This document shows, one piece after another, positions 11,656-23,614 of a stretch of 64,000 bases of DNA; positions within the stretch are counted from its first letter, which is position 1; the number at the start of each line of letters is the position of its first letter. The stretch is taken from NCBI RefSeq assembly GCF_006345805.1, contig NC_043003.1, positions 80,476,001-80,540,000 on the forward strand, read 5' to 3'. The position numbers were made by a program, and so were the translations under genes. Origin of the DNA: Octopus sinensis. Its lineage: Eukaryota. The notes below the pieces were generated by a model that was not told the DNA's origin, did no database searches, and was given only the letters and a program-made list of their open reading frames with translations.

Positions 11656-14600
11656 CATATGGGAAGAAAATATTGAAAAAACATTAATACATTCGAGATT
11701 GATTAAGAAACGAGGACCGCTGTCTTTAGTTGTGTTCGAAACAATAGCGAAATCGCCCTTAAATCACTTTTCCCACTGAAAATATTAAGAATTTTTTTCT
11801 ACCGAATGTGTTAAAAAGGTGGGAAAATTTTTCCCATAAATTTCTCCCATAAATTTCTTTATGATCGTAATCTATGACATTTGTAAGGGATTTGTATAAA
11901 TTTTCATTAAAAGATACCTATCTTCTTGAAAGTTATGAGGGAAAAATTCAGATCATGGGAAATTTGTAAAATCCTCTCTCCACCCCTCGCAAACATTCTG
12001 TCTAAGATATCCATAAATACTTTAAAACCACAACATCTAAACAGTATTTGTAGAAAAGTTTGTTAAGAAGTATCCATTTTTCTGGATATTATGAGGGAAC
12101 AAATTCGGGGGCGTGTACATCTGTAGTGATGTCGTTTTATTTATACAACTTTTTCACTTCATGTTTATTTCATTCATTGTTTGCAATGGTTTTCTCTCTC
12201 TCTCTCTCTCAGACACACACACACACATACACAACCTGCAAAACTTGCAGATGAGCTGCTGAATTGAAATCTCTATGTTGCTTTGATTGAAAGGTAAAAT
12301 TTGACAAACATTCTCCCTCTGTTGTTGGACTACAGTGATGTTTGTTTAAAAAAGAGATTACGACTGTGATAAAATAATGAAAACAATATTTACTAAGCAA
12401 GTGAGAAGTATTATACAAAGGAATAAGTAGACGTAAAATATAAAAATTATTAGAAATGGGAATCAAATGTGAAAATATTATCAAGGGGCCAACAGAAAGC
12501 CACCCGGAGGACGGTCTTTCTGCTTGTGTATACAATGCAGTGTTTTTGAAACTTACTTTCGATATCTGTCTTCGGTAAAACGATAGGCTCTCTCACGAGC
12601 AATTTCTCGTGTCGTAGTATGTAGAATCTATCACGGACGTAAAAAAAAAAAGAAATTGACTTTTTTTATCCAAAGCTAGCAATAAATGAATAAATGATAA
12701 ATAAATAAAATAAAGTAAAGAAAGGAATTGGTCCATAATTGTTGTGTGACCAGGAAAAGCAAGTCTCCGATAGGATTGATTCTGTAGAAATTGTAATGAT
12801 AGAGAGACAGACTATGTCCAAGAGAATCTTCCATAACCATAACGTAGCGAGTGCAAGTAAAAGTATTTGTAATTAATTTCTTGGAATTAAACGACCAGTG
12901 TAAGTAAATTGTGATAACTAAGACATAAAAATAATCCTGACACCTACTCATCTCTCTGCAAGTTAATTGCGTCTCTAAGATGTTTATGCAGCCATTATAG
13001 CATCATTAAATAGTGATGAAGCGAACGCCATACACAAAAATTGTAGTTACTAGAAATTTTCTTGGGAAAAGAAGAAATAAAGTATAGCAGCAATTGTCAG
13101 CACCTCTTCCAGTAAGGGTTGATAATTTCAAAACATTAAGAATTAAGCTCTCAAATTTAATTTAGCTGTTTAGGGCAAAGTCTGACCTTTGATTGCAAGC
13201 AACAGTCAAATATGGACACGTCTGAGTAATTAAATAGCAAAATACGCTAAAGATGCTAAAGAACAAGTGCCAATGGCATGAATAAATTTGGATAAATGCT
13301 AAGAAATGTCGAACAGAATGCTATTGGCAAAATATTTGGTTAATAGCAATTTTCCGACTAGTTAGGGAAAGGAAATTTAACGACGAGTGTTAGAGGCATT
13401 TAAATTAATGTAACACAATTGTTAGAAATTAGGAATTACCAATTCATTGAAATTCTCTGGTATCATCGTAGATTACAAATAGGAAGTAAATAATTGAAAA
13501 CCAGTTTTAAACATTGAAAATTTACATAAAAACAGAACATGCCCTTATTCTAGTTGTGAAACGACATGCCTTCTAAACAACGTCATAAAGTTCGACAATA
13601 AATCTTTGTCAAAGAAAACAAAAGTAAACAGCAGGTAATTAGTGTGACGTCGACATAAATTCACAAATATTAATTGTATCAAAGTATTTCATAAATTATA
13701 AATTACAGAGAATAGAACTAATGCCCTAAGATCTCTTCCGTGGTATTCATTCGTTAGTTTCAGAGAAAACATCCTTAATCATTTAAAAGTTATCAATGCA
13801 GATGTCTCAGCTAGTTCTTTCTGTTTATCAGGTATAGTCAGCCCCATATAGTTCACAAATGGAAAAGATTTTTGCATTTAGAAAATACGATGCAATACAT
13901 TTTGTCCCGTCTTATTTGCATAATTTAAAGTAAGCACATATCATAATGGAATCTTTTAATCATTGATGAAGGTATTCATAAATAATTTTAAGCGCTAACA
14001 ACTGAATGCCATGTAGAAATATTAGAATAACAAAGCATTTATTCCAAATTTTTAGCGATTGTAAATCTAATAAACATTTGCTCATCGGTGCCATACATAA
14101 TTTGGATACACAGTGTGTAGTATGATTTATGGAACGCCTTGTGTAAGAAAAAATACAACCAATTATATTTTTTAATTGTCAAATTTATACACGTCAAAAT
14201 TGATTTCTAATTGTTTTTCATAAGAGGAATTCTTTGTTACTTAGGCAAACTGGCTCAAGTAGAAAATGCTAATGAAATCTAATATAGTGAGAAGCATCTT
14301 TGTTTTACTCTCTTAATCACAACCAAAGACCACTCCTCCTAAGCATCCAAAATAGTTTTGAGAGATCAACTCCTAATTTCTTGAAGCCGCTTGTCTTCTT
14401 TGCAGAGTCGCTAACAATGGTTTCTGTTTTTACGTGTTCTTTTTCTAATGATGAACGAACTTCCAGTTAAAGAAAACGTTTGTATAATGTATATAGTGTA
14501 TCGTCTATAGCTCCAAATATAACAATTGCCGCTTTTTAATCAATTCTCACATAACTCACGTTTTTAACTTCGCAAATTTTACAGGCACAACTTATTCATA

Positions 14601-16936
14601 TTTTATACAGTTCATGTAAAAATGTTGGCTATCAGATCAATAAGGCTTTTCTAAAGGTAATCTGTTTATAAGCTCATATTTTCCAATAAGCCAGTAAATG
14701 AACTATCAAAGAATGTCGAAATTTCTTGACATTACCACCCCTTGTCTTGGAGAATTTCAAATAAAAAGATGCAAGATATTAATTTTTTCCCTCCAATTAA
14801 TAATGAATTGACAGTTAATGAATTAGGTGTTCGACATCCAAATCCGTGCCATTAGTTCACAGTATCATATATTTTTTACCTGCATACCAACACGAATTCC
14901 ATAGGAACGATCTGTATATTGTATATCCACATATTGTAGACATACAGGGTTGTGTGAATATTGAAACTAATAAAATCGTGTGATGAAAGCACGGAGGAGA
15001 GGAGGGGGAAAATAAATATTACAAGTTATTTAATCTGATTTTCTACTGTTTTTAACAACTCACCACATATTGCAACATAATATTATTGTAAGAATATAGA
15101 AACAAATATTGGTTTTGTATTTTATTTATTCATTTATATATTTAGTGTGATATTTTCTTTAATTGTTAAGTGAAAATTGAAATGTCTGATTTTGATTGTT
15201 TTGAAAACAGGTTCCAACGCCTTATGACTTTAGAAACAGCGCATGCTAATAATACTGAATTTCAACATTAAAATTTTGCCGCTTTAATTAAAAGTTTCTC
15301 CTCAGACCTTTCAAAGGAGTCGATCTGTCAGTGACGTTAAAATGTTGATGGCTTTTACGCATTTTATCACTTTGTATATTTTTATTTTATTTCTAAATAA
15401 AATCAAAAATATATGTTAAAAATAAAGATATTTAAAAATTCAATTTTTATTGCAACAATACTGCAAGTTAATTTTATAGCTTAAGGAGCAAATCAGAATC
15501 TCATGTGGGTTTTGTTGTAAGTGGAAATGGTAGCCATATATGACGTTTATAACAGTGTTTAGAAAAGGTGGGAGGTGTTTAATTGTATTGTCTACAACAT
15601 TGATTAAGTAGAATATAGAAGACGGTACGCAATAAAATGATTTAAAATGAGAGCTGCAATGAGCACAATCTTAGCTGAATGGTTAAATGTTTCGCTTCAT
15701 GATATCATAAATTCTAGTTCGACCACAAATCGCAAATATTTCGGCAAGTACATTTTACCTGGTTAGTGAGTTAGTCAACGTTTGCGATGAAAATTTGATT
15801 GACGTGAGATCATCGTATAAAAAAAGCCACTGACATAGGAATGCGTTGTGGCGTTCGTGCACTATTGTTACATATTCTCTTATGGCATTGTGCACTGCAC
15901 ATGTTCGTGTCTTACGAGGGCGAATGTTTGAAGACCTGACAAAATACTAATATCTGTATAATTAACTAAAGAGTCAAGAAAGCATTGCCTCAGAATGGTT
16001 CGTGAAGCAGTGACTGAAACTATTAGAAGACAAGGAGAAGCCCATACATAACCACCAACAATGTTAATGATAATATATTTCTGGCAAGGTATTGTGGTGA
16101 TAAGTATGTAACAAATAGTTGGATATCTGTCGATTTCGTCAATGAGAAATCACATGGCCAATTGACTGATTAAACGTCGTAATGAATGAGAGTAGAGGTA
16201 GCTGAACACACAACATACACTCGTAGCATTGACGTAATCTTCAGTTGGAATCAGCGTGGAGGTAATTTGAATAAATAGTTAGCCATGAAAATCATTAAGT
16301 ATATTGTCAGGATAGGAGAGGTGAAAGGAAAGTTTAGGGAAAGTCAAAGCAACGAATTCGAAAAGTTAACAGAGTGTCGCAAGAAATGCCTGGTCGTATA
16401 CCCTCGGACTCTCTGATCATCTCACCGAATCCAGCTTCACCTTTAATTATTGTGTGGTGGCAAAACATGCAAAACTAAGGTGTATGATTGAGAGGAACAG
16501 TATGAACTTCGGATCGATTGAATTGCATTAAATATATTCTCTGTGAGCTCAAATCGCATCATCTACTTAGGTAGGAGTCTTACTCCTCGGTCAGGTTTAA
16601 AAATACCACTTGATATGCTGGAGATATTTAGGGAAGTCAAAACTATCTCCGGTCTGACTACTTCTTACGCTCCCCCGGGAACTTTAATAGACACTAATTT
16701 CCTTACCAAAAATAAGAAGAAAGTAAGGAAGAGGGATATTTAGAGTAAACAGGTCGCTATCTTTCTAGAAATGATCTTTCCATGATTTACGTATCTCGAA
16801 AATGGACTGAAATGCACTAATTATTTTTTTAATTTCAAGAGAAGGTTGATGTATATAATGGGAATTATATGAAAGAGTATTCAAGGACAATGATATATAT
16901 ATATCAAAATTTGATACTGATTAGAAGATCGAAAAT

Positions 16937-16980
16937 CCACCTGAAGATTGTCGGTAGCAGACATGAAACAATTGTTGTGG
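16937..16980 (+). ncRNA. Minimal type I hammerhead ribozyme in a roughly 260-bp TA-flanked PLE-like fragment (about 16897-17152)
   Basis: CCAC-CTGAAGA-T TGTC ggtagca GACA T-GAAA-CAATTG-TT-GTGG. Stem I has 4 bp; stem II has 4 bp after a U-U pair; stem III is the palindrome ACAATTGT; predicted cleavage after 16976. Confidence 0.8.
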
Positions 16981-17149
16981 CGGTTTATTTAATTTATATT
17001 AAAATTTTATGTATTGATTAAGTCTTTCCTTGTTTGGTTTTAAAATAGTGGTTTTGTCTCGAATTATATTATATAATATTTTACTATAAAATTGGATTTA
17101 ACCCTAAATCTGATTTTTCCCTGTAATTTTGGATTCATTCCCTAATATT

Positions 17150-17196
<47 letters not shown>

Positions 17197-18337
17197 TCTG
17201 CGCTTGCGTGTGTGTTTGTGTGTGTGTGTGCTGTGTGTGTGTGTGTGTGCTGTGTGTGTGTGTGTGTTGTATGTAAAGGAAAATAAAAACGGTTAGAAAA
17301 CTTTGGAAAAAGCAATGAAAATATAAATATTAGACTAATTAGTTTAAATGAACAAATGCACTACCTATAACAAACAAGGTACTAGCTAATAGTAGGAAAA
17401 TAATGTAACAACTACAATGCTTATATAAGAATTATTACGAAATTGCATGATATAAATGTTCATAAATGTGTTTAAAGATTGAATCTGAGATACTACCGAT
17501 GTTGATATATATATATATATATATACGAGTATTAAAAATTATAAACTGCATAATGCATAAACAAATGGGATTATGTCAAAAGTATTGATGTTAAATTAAT
17601 TTATTTTAAATATATTTAAAAAATACCCACATATATATGCCATAATTATAGAAATTTAAAGCCGATATATGGAAGGCCAACTCATCAAAGATCAGTCGCT
17701 AGTATTCCGTAATTCATTACAACCTACAGATTTTAGTCAACTCAGGGTTATCTCTCTTTAGTGTCCCCCATTGTAGAAGGAATAGCAAAACAGAAATGCA
17801 TATAGCCGTCTAATAATGATCTGATAATAATACATTTAATGTAATATTCGTCATGGCAGAGAGGTAAAATATGGCTGCATGAAGGATGTTGTTATCTGCG
17901 TGTATTAGCAGATTTGCCTCAGTTTGAGCTGGTTGAAATATGCTATTATTTGTCAGATATTATTGACAAGAGAGTAGAATGGTTTTATGGTATTTTTATT
18001 TCCTAGTTTGTGGAGTCAGAGGTCAGATGGGAACTATTTACTAATGGAGCTACATCTACTAATAGTTTAGAAGTGTATCGAATATTAGTTCGCATGGTAG
18101 ATAATGACTTATTATATATATCCTTTCCTTTCTATTTTTTTGGTTGTAACGTAGACCTGTTTATAACTATCTATGTCGTATGCATTTGTGGCATGCAGGG
18201 TCGTGGCGACTTGTTTCGAGCATAACTTTGAAGCAAACCTAGAACAGATGATTTTAATTGTGGAATTGAAACTGAGAACACACTTGCGCATACATATATG
18301 CTTGTATATAATTGTATATGTATGTGTATATATGCTG

Positions 18338-18660
18338 AGACCCCCTTCGGTCATCACTGACCGTGGGTTTGCACCTATAAAGTTACCCTTCCACGCACAA
18401 GTCCGGGCAAGGTTGTATATGTAAGATCAGCAGTCGCTGATGCATACCAGCCTTCCCTCTCCACGCCACCAGTGGTATCCAAGGGAAAGGCAACAGCAGA
18501 TACAGCTTGGCACCAGTGACGTCGCAACTTATCTCTACAGCTGAGTGAACTGGAGCAACGTGAAATAAAGTGTCTTGCTCAAGAACACAACGGCAGCCCT
18601 GTCCGCGATTCGAACTCGAAACCTCACGATTGAAAGCTCGACGCTCTAACCACTGAGCCA
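18338..18660 (-). mobile_element. tRNA-derived SINE family B, full length
   Basis: Head tggctcagtggttagagcgtcgagctttcaatcgtgaggtttcgagttcgaatcgc with A and B boxes; body shared with 4991-5309. Confidence 0.9.
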
Positions 18661-18689
18661 TATATATTTATATATATTGGTGTGCATAT

Positions 18690-18925
18690 GAGTGGGTGTG
18701 TGGTATGAAGCTTGCAGTTCAACCACATAGTTCCGGTTTCATTCCAACTGTGTGGTATCTTGGGCAAGTGTCTTCTATAGCCTCGCTATAATGTTGCTAT
18801 GTTTACGTCCCCATAATTTATCGAATCGGAAAAAGTAACCGATAGAATAAATACTAAGCTTACAAACAGTAAGTCCTGGAGTCGACTTGTTTGGTCTAAC
18901 ATCGCTGCACTCAAATGACAAACAA
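18690..18925 (+). mobile_element. SINE family D, internally deleted
   Basis: tRNA-like head gtgtggtatgaagc..., then cttgggcaagtgtcttctat and a 3' part gtttacgtcccc...aagtcctggagtcga. Confidence 0.75.
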
Positions 18926-18935
18926 GTAAAAGGAA

Positions 18936-18990
<55 letters not shown>

Positions 18991-18995
18991 ATATG

Positions 18996-19203
18996 TTTCT
19001 TTACTACCCACAAAGGGGCTAAACATAGAGGGGACAAACAAGGACAGACAAACGGATTAAGTCGATTACATCGACCCCAGTGCGTAACTGGTACTTAATT
19101 TATCGACCCCGAAAGGATGAAAGGCAAAGTCGACCTCGGCGGAATTTGAACTCAGAACGCAACGACAGACGCAATACCGCTAAGCATTTCGCCCGGTGTG
19201 CTA

Positions 19204-19204
<1 letters not shown>
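18996..19204 (-). mobile_element. SINE family A, well-preserved copy
   Basis: Minus strand: tctgagttcaaattccgccgaggtcgactttgcctttcatcctttcggggtcgataaattaagtaccag...; nearly identical to 62272-62491. Confidence 0.92.
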
Positions 19205-19252
<48 letters not shown>

Positions 19253-20033
19253 GAACAATAATTTAAAAGCTCATAAACCTATAAATAATACCATATACAT
19301 ATTGGGTTGGAAAATCCTTTCGAATACTTAACGTTCGCTATAATGTGGGCCCATAATCAGTGACATATGTGATGTAGAACGGGGCCACAACAAATAGACG
19401 TTTTCAAATGTATTCACAAAACTTTCTACGTGGCTATACTATTTGAAACGGCTATAATAGTGTGCGTTTCATTTTTATGATAGAAGCAATGGTTGCTTTT
19501 TAGCCCTAGGGTACACTGGGTTCAATGCATACGAGTTGTAACTATCTGTTCGCTTACAGATAATTTAGAGCTTTATCAGGAGTGTTGGGTGTAACTGAAA
19601 CAAAACGTAACTGTCACTTGTAGCAAGTCAGGCGATGCCGTTGAGACAGACTTGATGAGAGAAGTACGTGTGATGTGTATGATATACATTTTCATATAAA
19701 TATAATATTTTCTATTCCTGTGTTATAAACGTAGAAAGACGATTATAAGTTTTCCACCAAACATTTTCTCCCCTAAAATGATTGAATTTACAGAATTATA
19801 TAAATGCTACTTTTGGTATCGAAATCCGCTTTAGTAGCTATACTATTTATTTAATATTAGTTATATCCATGAGTTCTATGTTTTCGCTGAGATCTAATTT
19901 GCAAGTTAATTTACTATATCAAAAATTGCACTGAAATATATTATTACATGTGTTAGTTAGTTATAACATAATATAAAACGAAAATACCTACTTAGTATAT
20001 CAACAAATCGTTAAGTACTTCTCTACTAATTCT

Positions 20034-20089
20034 CATATATATATATATATATTATAATATATTATATATAATATATATATATAAACATT

Positions 20090-20120
<31 letters not shown>

Positions 20121-20123
20121 AAT

Positions 20124-20173
<50 letters not shown>

Positions 20174-20188
20174 GTTTATATATATAAT

Positions 20189-20224
<36 letters not shown>

Positions 20225-20251
20225 AATGTTTATATATATATATATATATAT

Positions 20252-20284
<33 letters not shown>

Positions 20285-20287
20285 AAT

Positions 20288-20327
<40 letters not shown>
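20034..20327. repeat. Interrupted (TA)n array flanking the Penelope element
   Basis: TA repeats with four AAATGTTTA interruptions (20120, 20170, 20224, 20284) and one inverted copy (20082-20090). Confidence 0.95.
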
Positions 20328-20328
<1 letters not shown>

Positions 20329-20536
20329 GTGAAATAGAAAGATGAATAATCTTGTAGTAGATTAATCAAAAGTTTAACCGATACCTTAGTAGCAAAAATC
20401 ACAGCAGTAAACAGCACGGTTGGAGGTACAACCATCTGGCGTTGCAACCGTGCGTTGGTGCGGATAATTGAAGTTAAAACATTATTGGTGAATTGAAGAA
20501 ATGGAGCTGAACGCAGATTGAACAGAAATCGTTTTA

Positions 20537-20628
20537 TTTCATTCTACACGTGTTTCGAAAGGCACAAATTACCAAAATCCGATTGAATAATGGGACCATA
20601 TTGTGTCTTTCTCTTCAGGAAGAAAAAA
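20537..20628 (-). ncRNA. Type I hammerhead ribozyme in the sense 3' pseudo-LTR of the PLE
   Basis: UUUUCUUC-CUGAAGA-GAAAG(A)CACAA...UUGUG(C)CUUUC-GAAA-CACGUG-UA-GAAUGAAA; palindromic stem III ACACGUGU; predicted GUA cleavage between 20545 and 20544. Confidence 0.88.
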
Positions 20629-21228
20629 GGAAATCCGTTGGAAAAACAAAAACAGAACAGAGGCGGAGCAAAAAACAAATCGAACTGTGCTCCTAAGAGC
20701 CCATGGCGAAACTGTTTATCAGTGTATGTTGAGAACCGGTGGCTGAAGAATTCAACGGGTCAGGCATCGGTCAATCATGTGGGTGAGGGTGTATAGATGT
20801 TCTTTGTGACCGAGAATAAAGTTCTGACTATTTAAGGAATATTGGATGTTTTATAAGGGGCGAGAAAAAATCTACTTAGAGACGTGTGTGTGTGTATACT
20901 GTTCTATATATGTGTGTGTTGGCGTAGGGGTAGAAAACATTTTTTGTGTACGTGTGTGCGTTTGATCGTTCGGCTGTCAGTGGCTACTGCCGTGATAACC
21001 GTTGGGTGGCAGAAAGAAAAAAATAAAAAAAAAATATATATATTATGTTTTATGTGTGTGTGTGTTCATCTAAGCCTGCCTTGTCAAGGAAACCCCCCGC
21101 TGTGAGAAAACCAAGCCCCGTTTGTCTTACAGGAGTAATTCCCCTTGCAGTGGTTAATCGTACATATCTTAAAGGCTATTTCAGAATTTGTTACCAAGGG
21201 CTATGGGTGCCGGTATTATTTATAAACG

Positions 21229-22875
21229 CTATTTAAAGGCCAGATAAGTGTAACGCCGCCAATGGGGGCATCGAAAAGCCGACTGTAAGAGCCCGTTTAC
21301 CATCCGGCCTCTGGCAAACAAAATATGGAAGAGTTCGGAGACACAAAGTTTGCACTGTCTTCTGCCCCTATCAAATGGGAGGGCCACCGACAAAATTGAC
21401 CATTCCAGCCTATAGCTTAAGTTCGCATCCTTCAGTCGCCATATTAGCTTACTGAGTCCCGTGGTCTGGCGCTTGTTCACGTCCCGAAAAGTTGCGTAAT
21501 GGTTGGAGACACGCAAAGACAATCTTGAGGATGATGCCCCTACATAAGTGAAGGCATCTGAGTCCGTGTAAACCTTGCATTGGTAGACGGCGTTTTTGAT
21601 CTTGGAGTTCGCCGACGTGAATCTTAATCTGCTAGGATTAGTTTCTGAAATTAGAACTGCGTTCCTGTCACTATATTCGTTCCGAGACCTGCAGCCGCTT
21701 ACTACTCTATTTTCCACTACGTCACTATTAACTATAGGAATAACCCCTGATTCTCCACTATCTATCAGAGTGCTGTCATTGCTACTGCCCGTGGTACTGC
21801 TATTGCGGGAAATGATGCTGGGGATGCTAATGGGGCTCTCTACCCTACTCCCATTATTACCGTCAACCACAACACCCCTATTATAACTATACCCTAGTGG
21901 GTACTCCCTGGCTGGAGCTGAGATTATGTGTCACTGTACTGGCTCTCATATCATTATTACTACTATAATTATTCCTACTGAGCATTAAACCGGGAGCGGA
22001 AGAGGCTGTGCCTCCGGAAAAAGGTGATAGGGTCTTAGTAAGTAGCCTATTATTATGGGAGGCGATTATCTGGGCGAGGTTTTTAGTGTTGGAGAAAGCT
22101 ATCCTAACTTTATGTGAGTTAACCGTGGAGTAATATTTGGAATTTCTGGGGAAGTTATTGGCGATGGCTTGTCTAAACATGAGGGGGAGGTTAGTTCTAA
22201 TCTGCTTACCAAAGGGGATTACAAACCATATATGCTTATTCCTATCAGTGTGATGGGTCGGGACGCCAGCTCTCGCATTCGGGTGGGTGATTCTCGGATG
22301 AATAACGGGTCTTGGGTTAGTGTAAGACCTCCCGGACCGATAATTATCCTTGTTCGCTAAATTAAATGCGGGAGCGACTACCCCGGCATCCGCCGCGCTC
22401 CCGTCCTTACTTAAAATGTTAATGTTATTATATACGGCCCTATCCTGATGACCGAATGATGGCATCGGAAGGGCCGGATCAATATAAATTACTTTCTGCC
22501 TATAACCGGCCTTGGATAGTGCGGCGTTATAAAATTCCGCTTTCTGCATAAAAATATCGGCACTGGCGGACAAGCCAGACAATCTTAGAGAGATGTTTTT
22601 AACCAAATTGTCTGTTACGTTTTGGCATGATTTGAGAAGACACTGACATACTTCAAATTAGTGGAAGGCTTATGGTAAGGGCAGTATGAGTCGCTATTAA
22701 GGTTAAGTGTAACGTCTAGGAAATTAGCCTTGGTGAGTTCATTATCAAAAACTATACTCATGCCCATTCTATTAAAAAACCTAGCTAACCTGCTCTTAGT
22801 TTTCTGCACTATTCTGTTCGTGGTGTTTTGCAGGTAAAACAGACAATCGTCACGATACAGGCCGCCCGCGATCTC
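21229..22875 (-). pseudogene. PLE reverse transcriptase (C-terminal part) plus GIY-YIG endonuclease, split by two frameshifts
   Basis: EIAGGLYRDDCLFY (RT catalytic YxDD), NFLDVTLNL...PYHKP...SNH, SLRLSGLSAS...YNAALSKAGY, HIWFVIPF, HNNRLL. EN: AVYQCKV...TYVGAS...RVSNHY...LSKLIWRLK...EWSIL...CKLCVSE...CPH; stop at 21229-21231. Frameshifts near 22620 and within 21887-21930. Confidence 0.93.
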
Positions 22876-23371
22876 CGGGGCTTGGTTTTCTCACAGCGGG
22901 GGGTTTCCTTGACAAGGCAGGCTTAGATGAACACACACACACACATAAAACATAATATATATATATATTTTTAATTTTTTTCTTTCTGCCACCCAACGGT
23001 TATCACGGCAGTAGCCACTGACAGCCGAACGAAAAAACGCACACACGTACACAAAAAATGTTTTCTACCCCTACGCCAACACACACATATATAGAACAGT
23101 ATACACACACACACGTCTCTAAGTAGATTTTTTCTCGCCCCTTATAAAACATCCAATATTCCTTAAATAGTCAGAACTTTATTCTCGGTCACAAAGAACA
23201 TCTATACACCCTCACCCACATGATTGACCGATGCCTGACCCGTTGAATTCTTCAGCCACCGGTTCTCAACATACACTGATAAACAGTTTCGCCATGGGCT
23301 CTTAGGAGCACAGTTCGATTTGTTTTTTGCTCCGCCTCTGTTCTGTTTTTGTTTTTCCAACGGATTTCCTT

Positions 23372-23450
23372 TTTTCTTCCTGAAGAGAAAGACACAATAT
23401 TCAATCGGATTTTGGTAATTTGTGCCTTTCGAAACACGTGTAGAATGAAA
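23372..23450 (+). ncRNA. Type I hammerhead ribozyme in the inverted pseudo-LTR copy
   Basis: CTGAAGA at 23380-23386, GAAA at 23431-23434, CACGTG-TA, cleavage after 23442. Same as the left copy except loop II is 11 nt shorter. Confidence 0.88.
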
Positions 23451-23553
23451 TAAAACGATTTCTGTTCAATCTGCGTTCAGCTCCATTTCTTCAATTCACC
23501 AATAATGTTATATATATATATATATTTATATATATATAAATGTTTATATATAT

Positions 23554-23612
<59 letters not shown>

Positions 23613-23614
23613 TA

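Larger units (their letters stand above)
20328..23509 (-). mobile_element. Penelope-like retroelement (C-terminal GIY-YIG type), 5'-truncated, with inverted pseudo-LTRs, inserted in (TA)n
   Basis: Inverted repeat 20478-21120 / 22876-23509, near-identical apart from an 11-bp indel and a few changes. Unique 3' extension at 20328-20477. RT and GIY-YIG coding sequence lies between the arms; TA arrays on both sides; a hammerhead in each arm. Confidence 0.95.

Noticed and set aside
12676-12951. Minus-strand ORF with VMVMEDSLGHSLSLYHYNF after a plausible acceptor
   Set aside because: No convincing donor and no recognised homology; cannot be supported as an exon.
14320-14470. Minus-strand open stretch VRSSLEKEHVKTETIVSDSAKKTSGFKKLG...
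   Set aside because: Could be a terminal exon, but there is no homology or linked exon evidence.
16543-16743. 66-aa ORF and a minus-strand CTGACCGA-GGAGT aag ACTCC hairpin resembling a hammerhead
   Set aside because: The core has an extra base and no GAAA follows stem II; the ORF has no recognisable motif.
20700-20760. GAAACTG-tttat-CAGT...CTGAAGA on the antisense strand of the pLTR (possible type II hammerhead)
   Set aside because: The base at position 17 is G, and stems I and II do not pair.
21596-22360. Plus-strand ORFs of 96 and 63 aa within the PLE
   Set aside because: Antisense shadows of the minus-strand PLE ORF.
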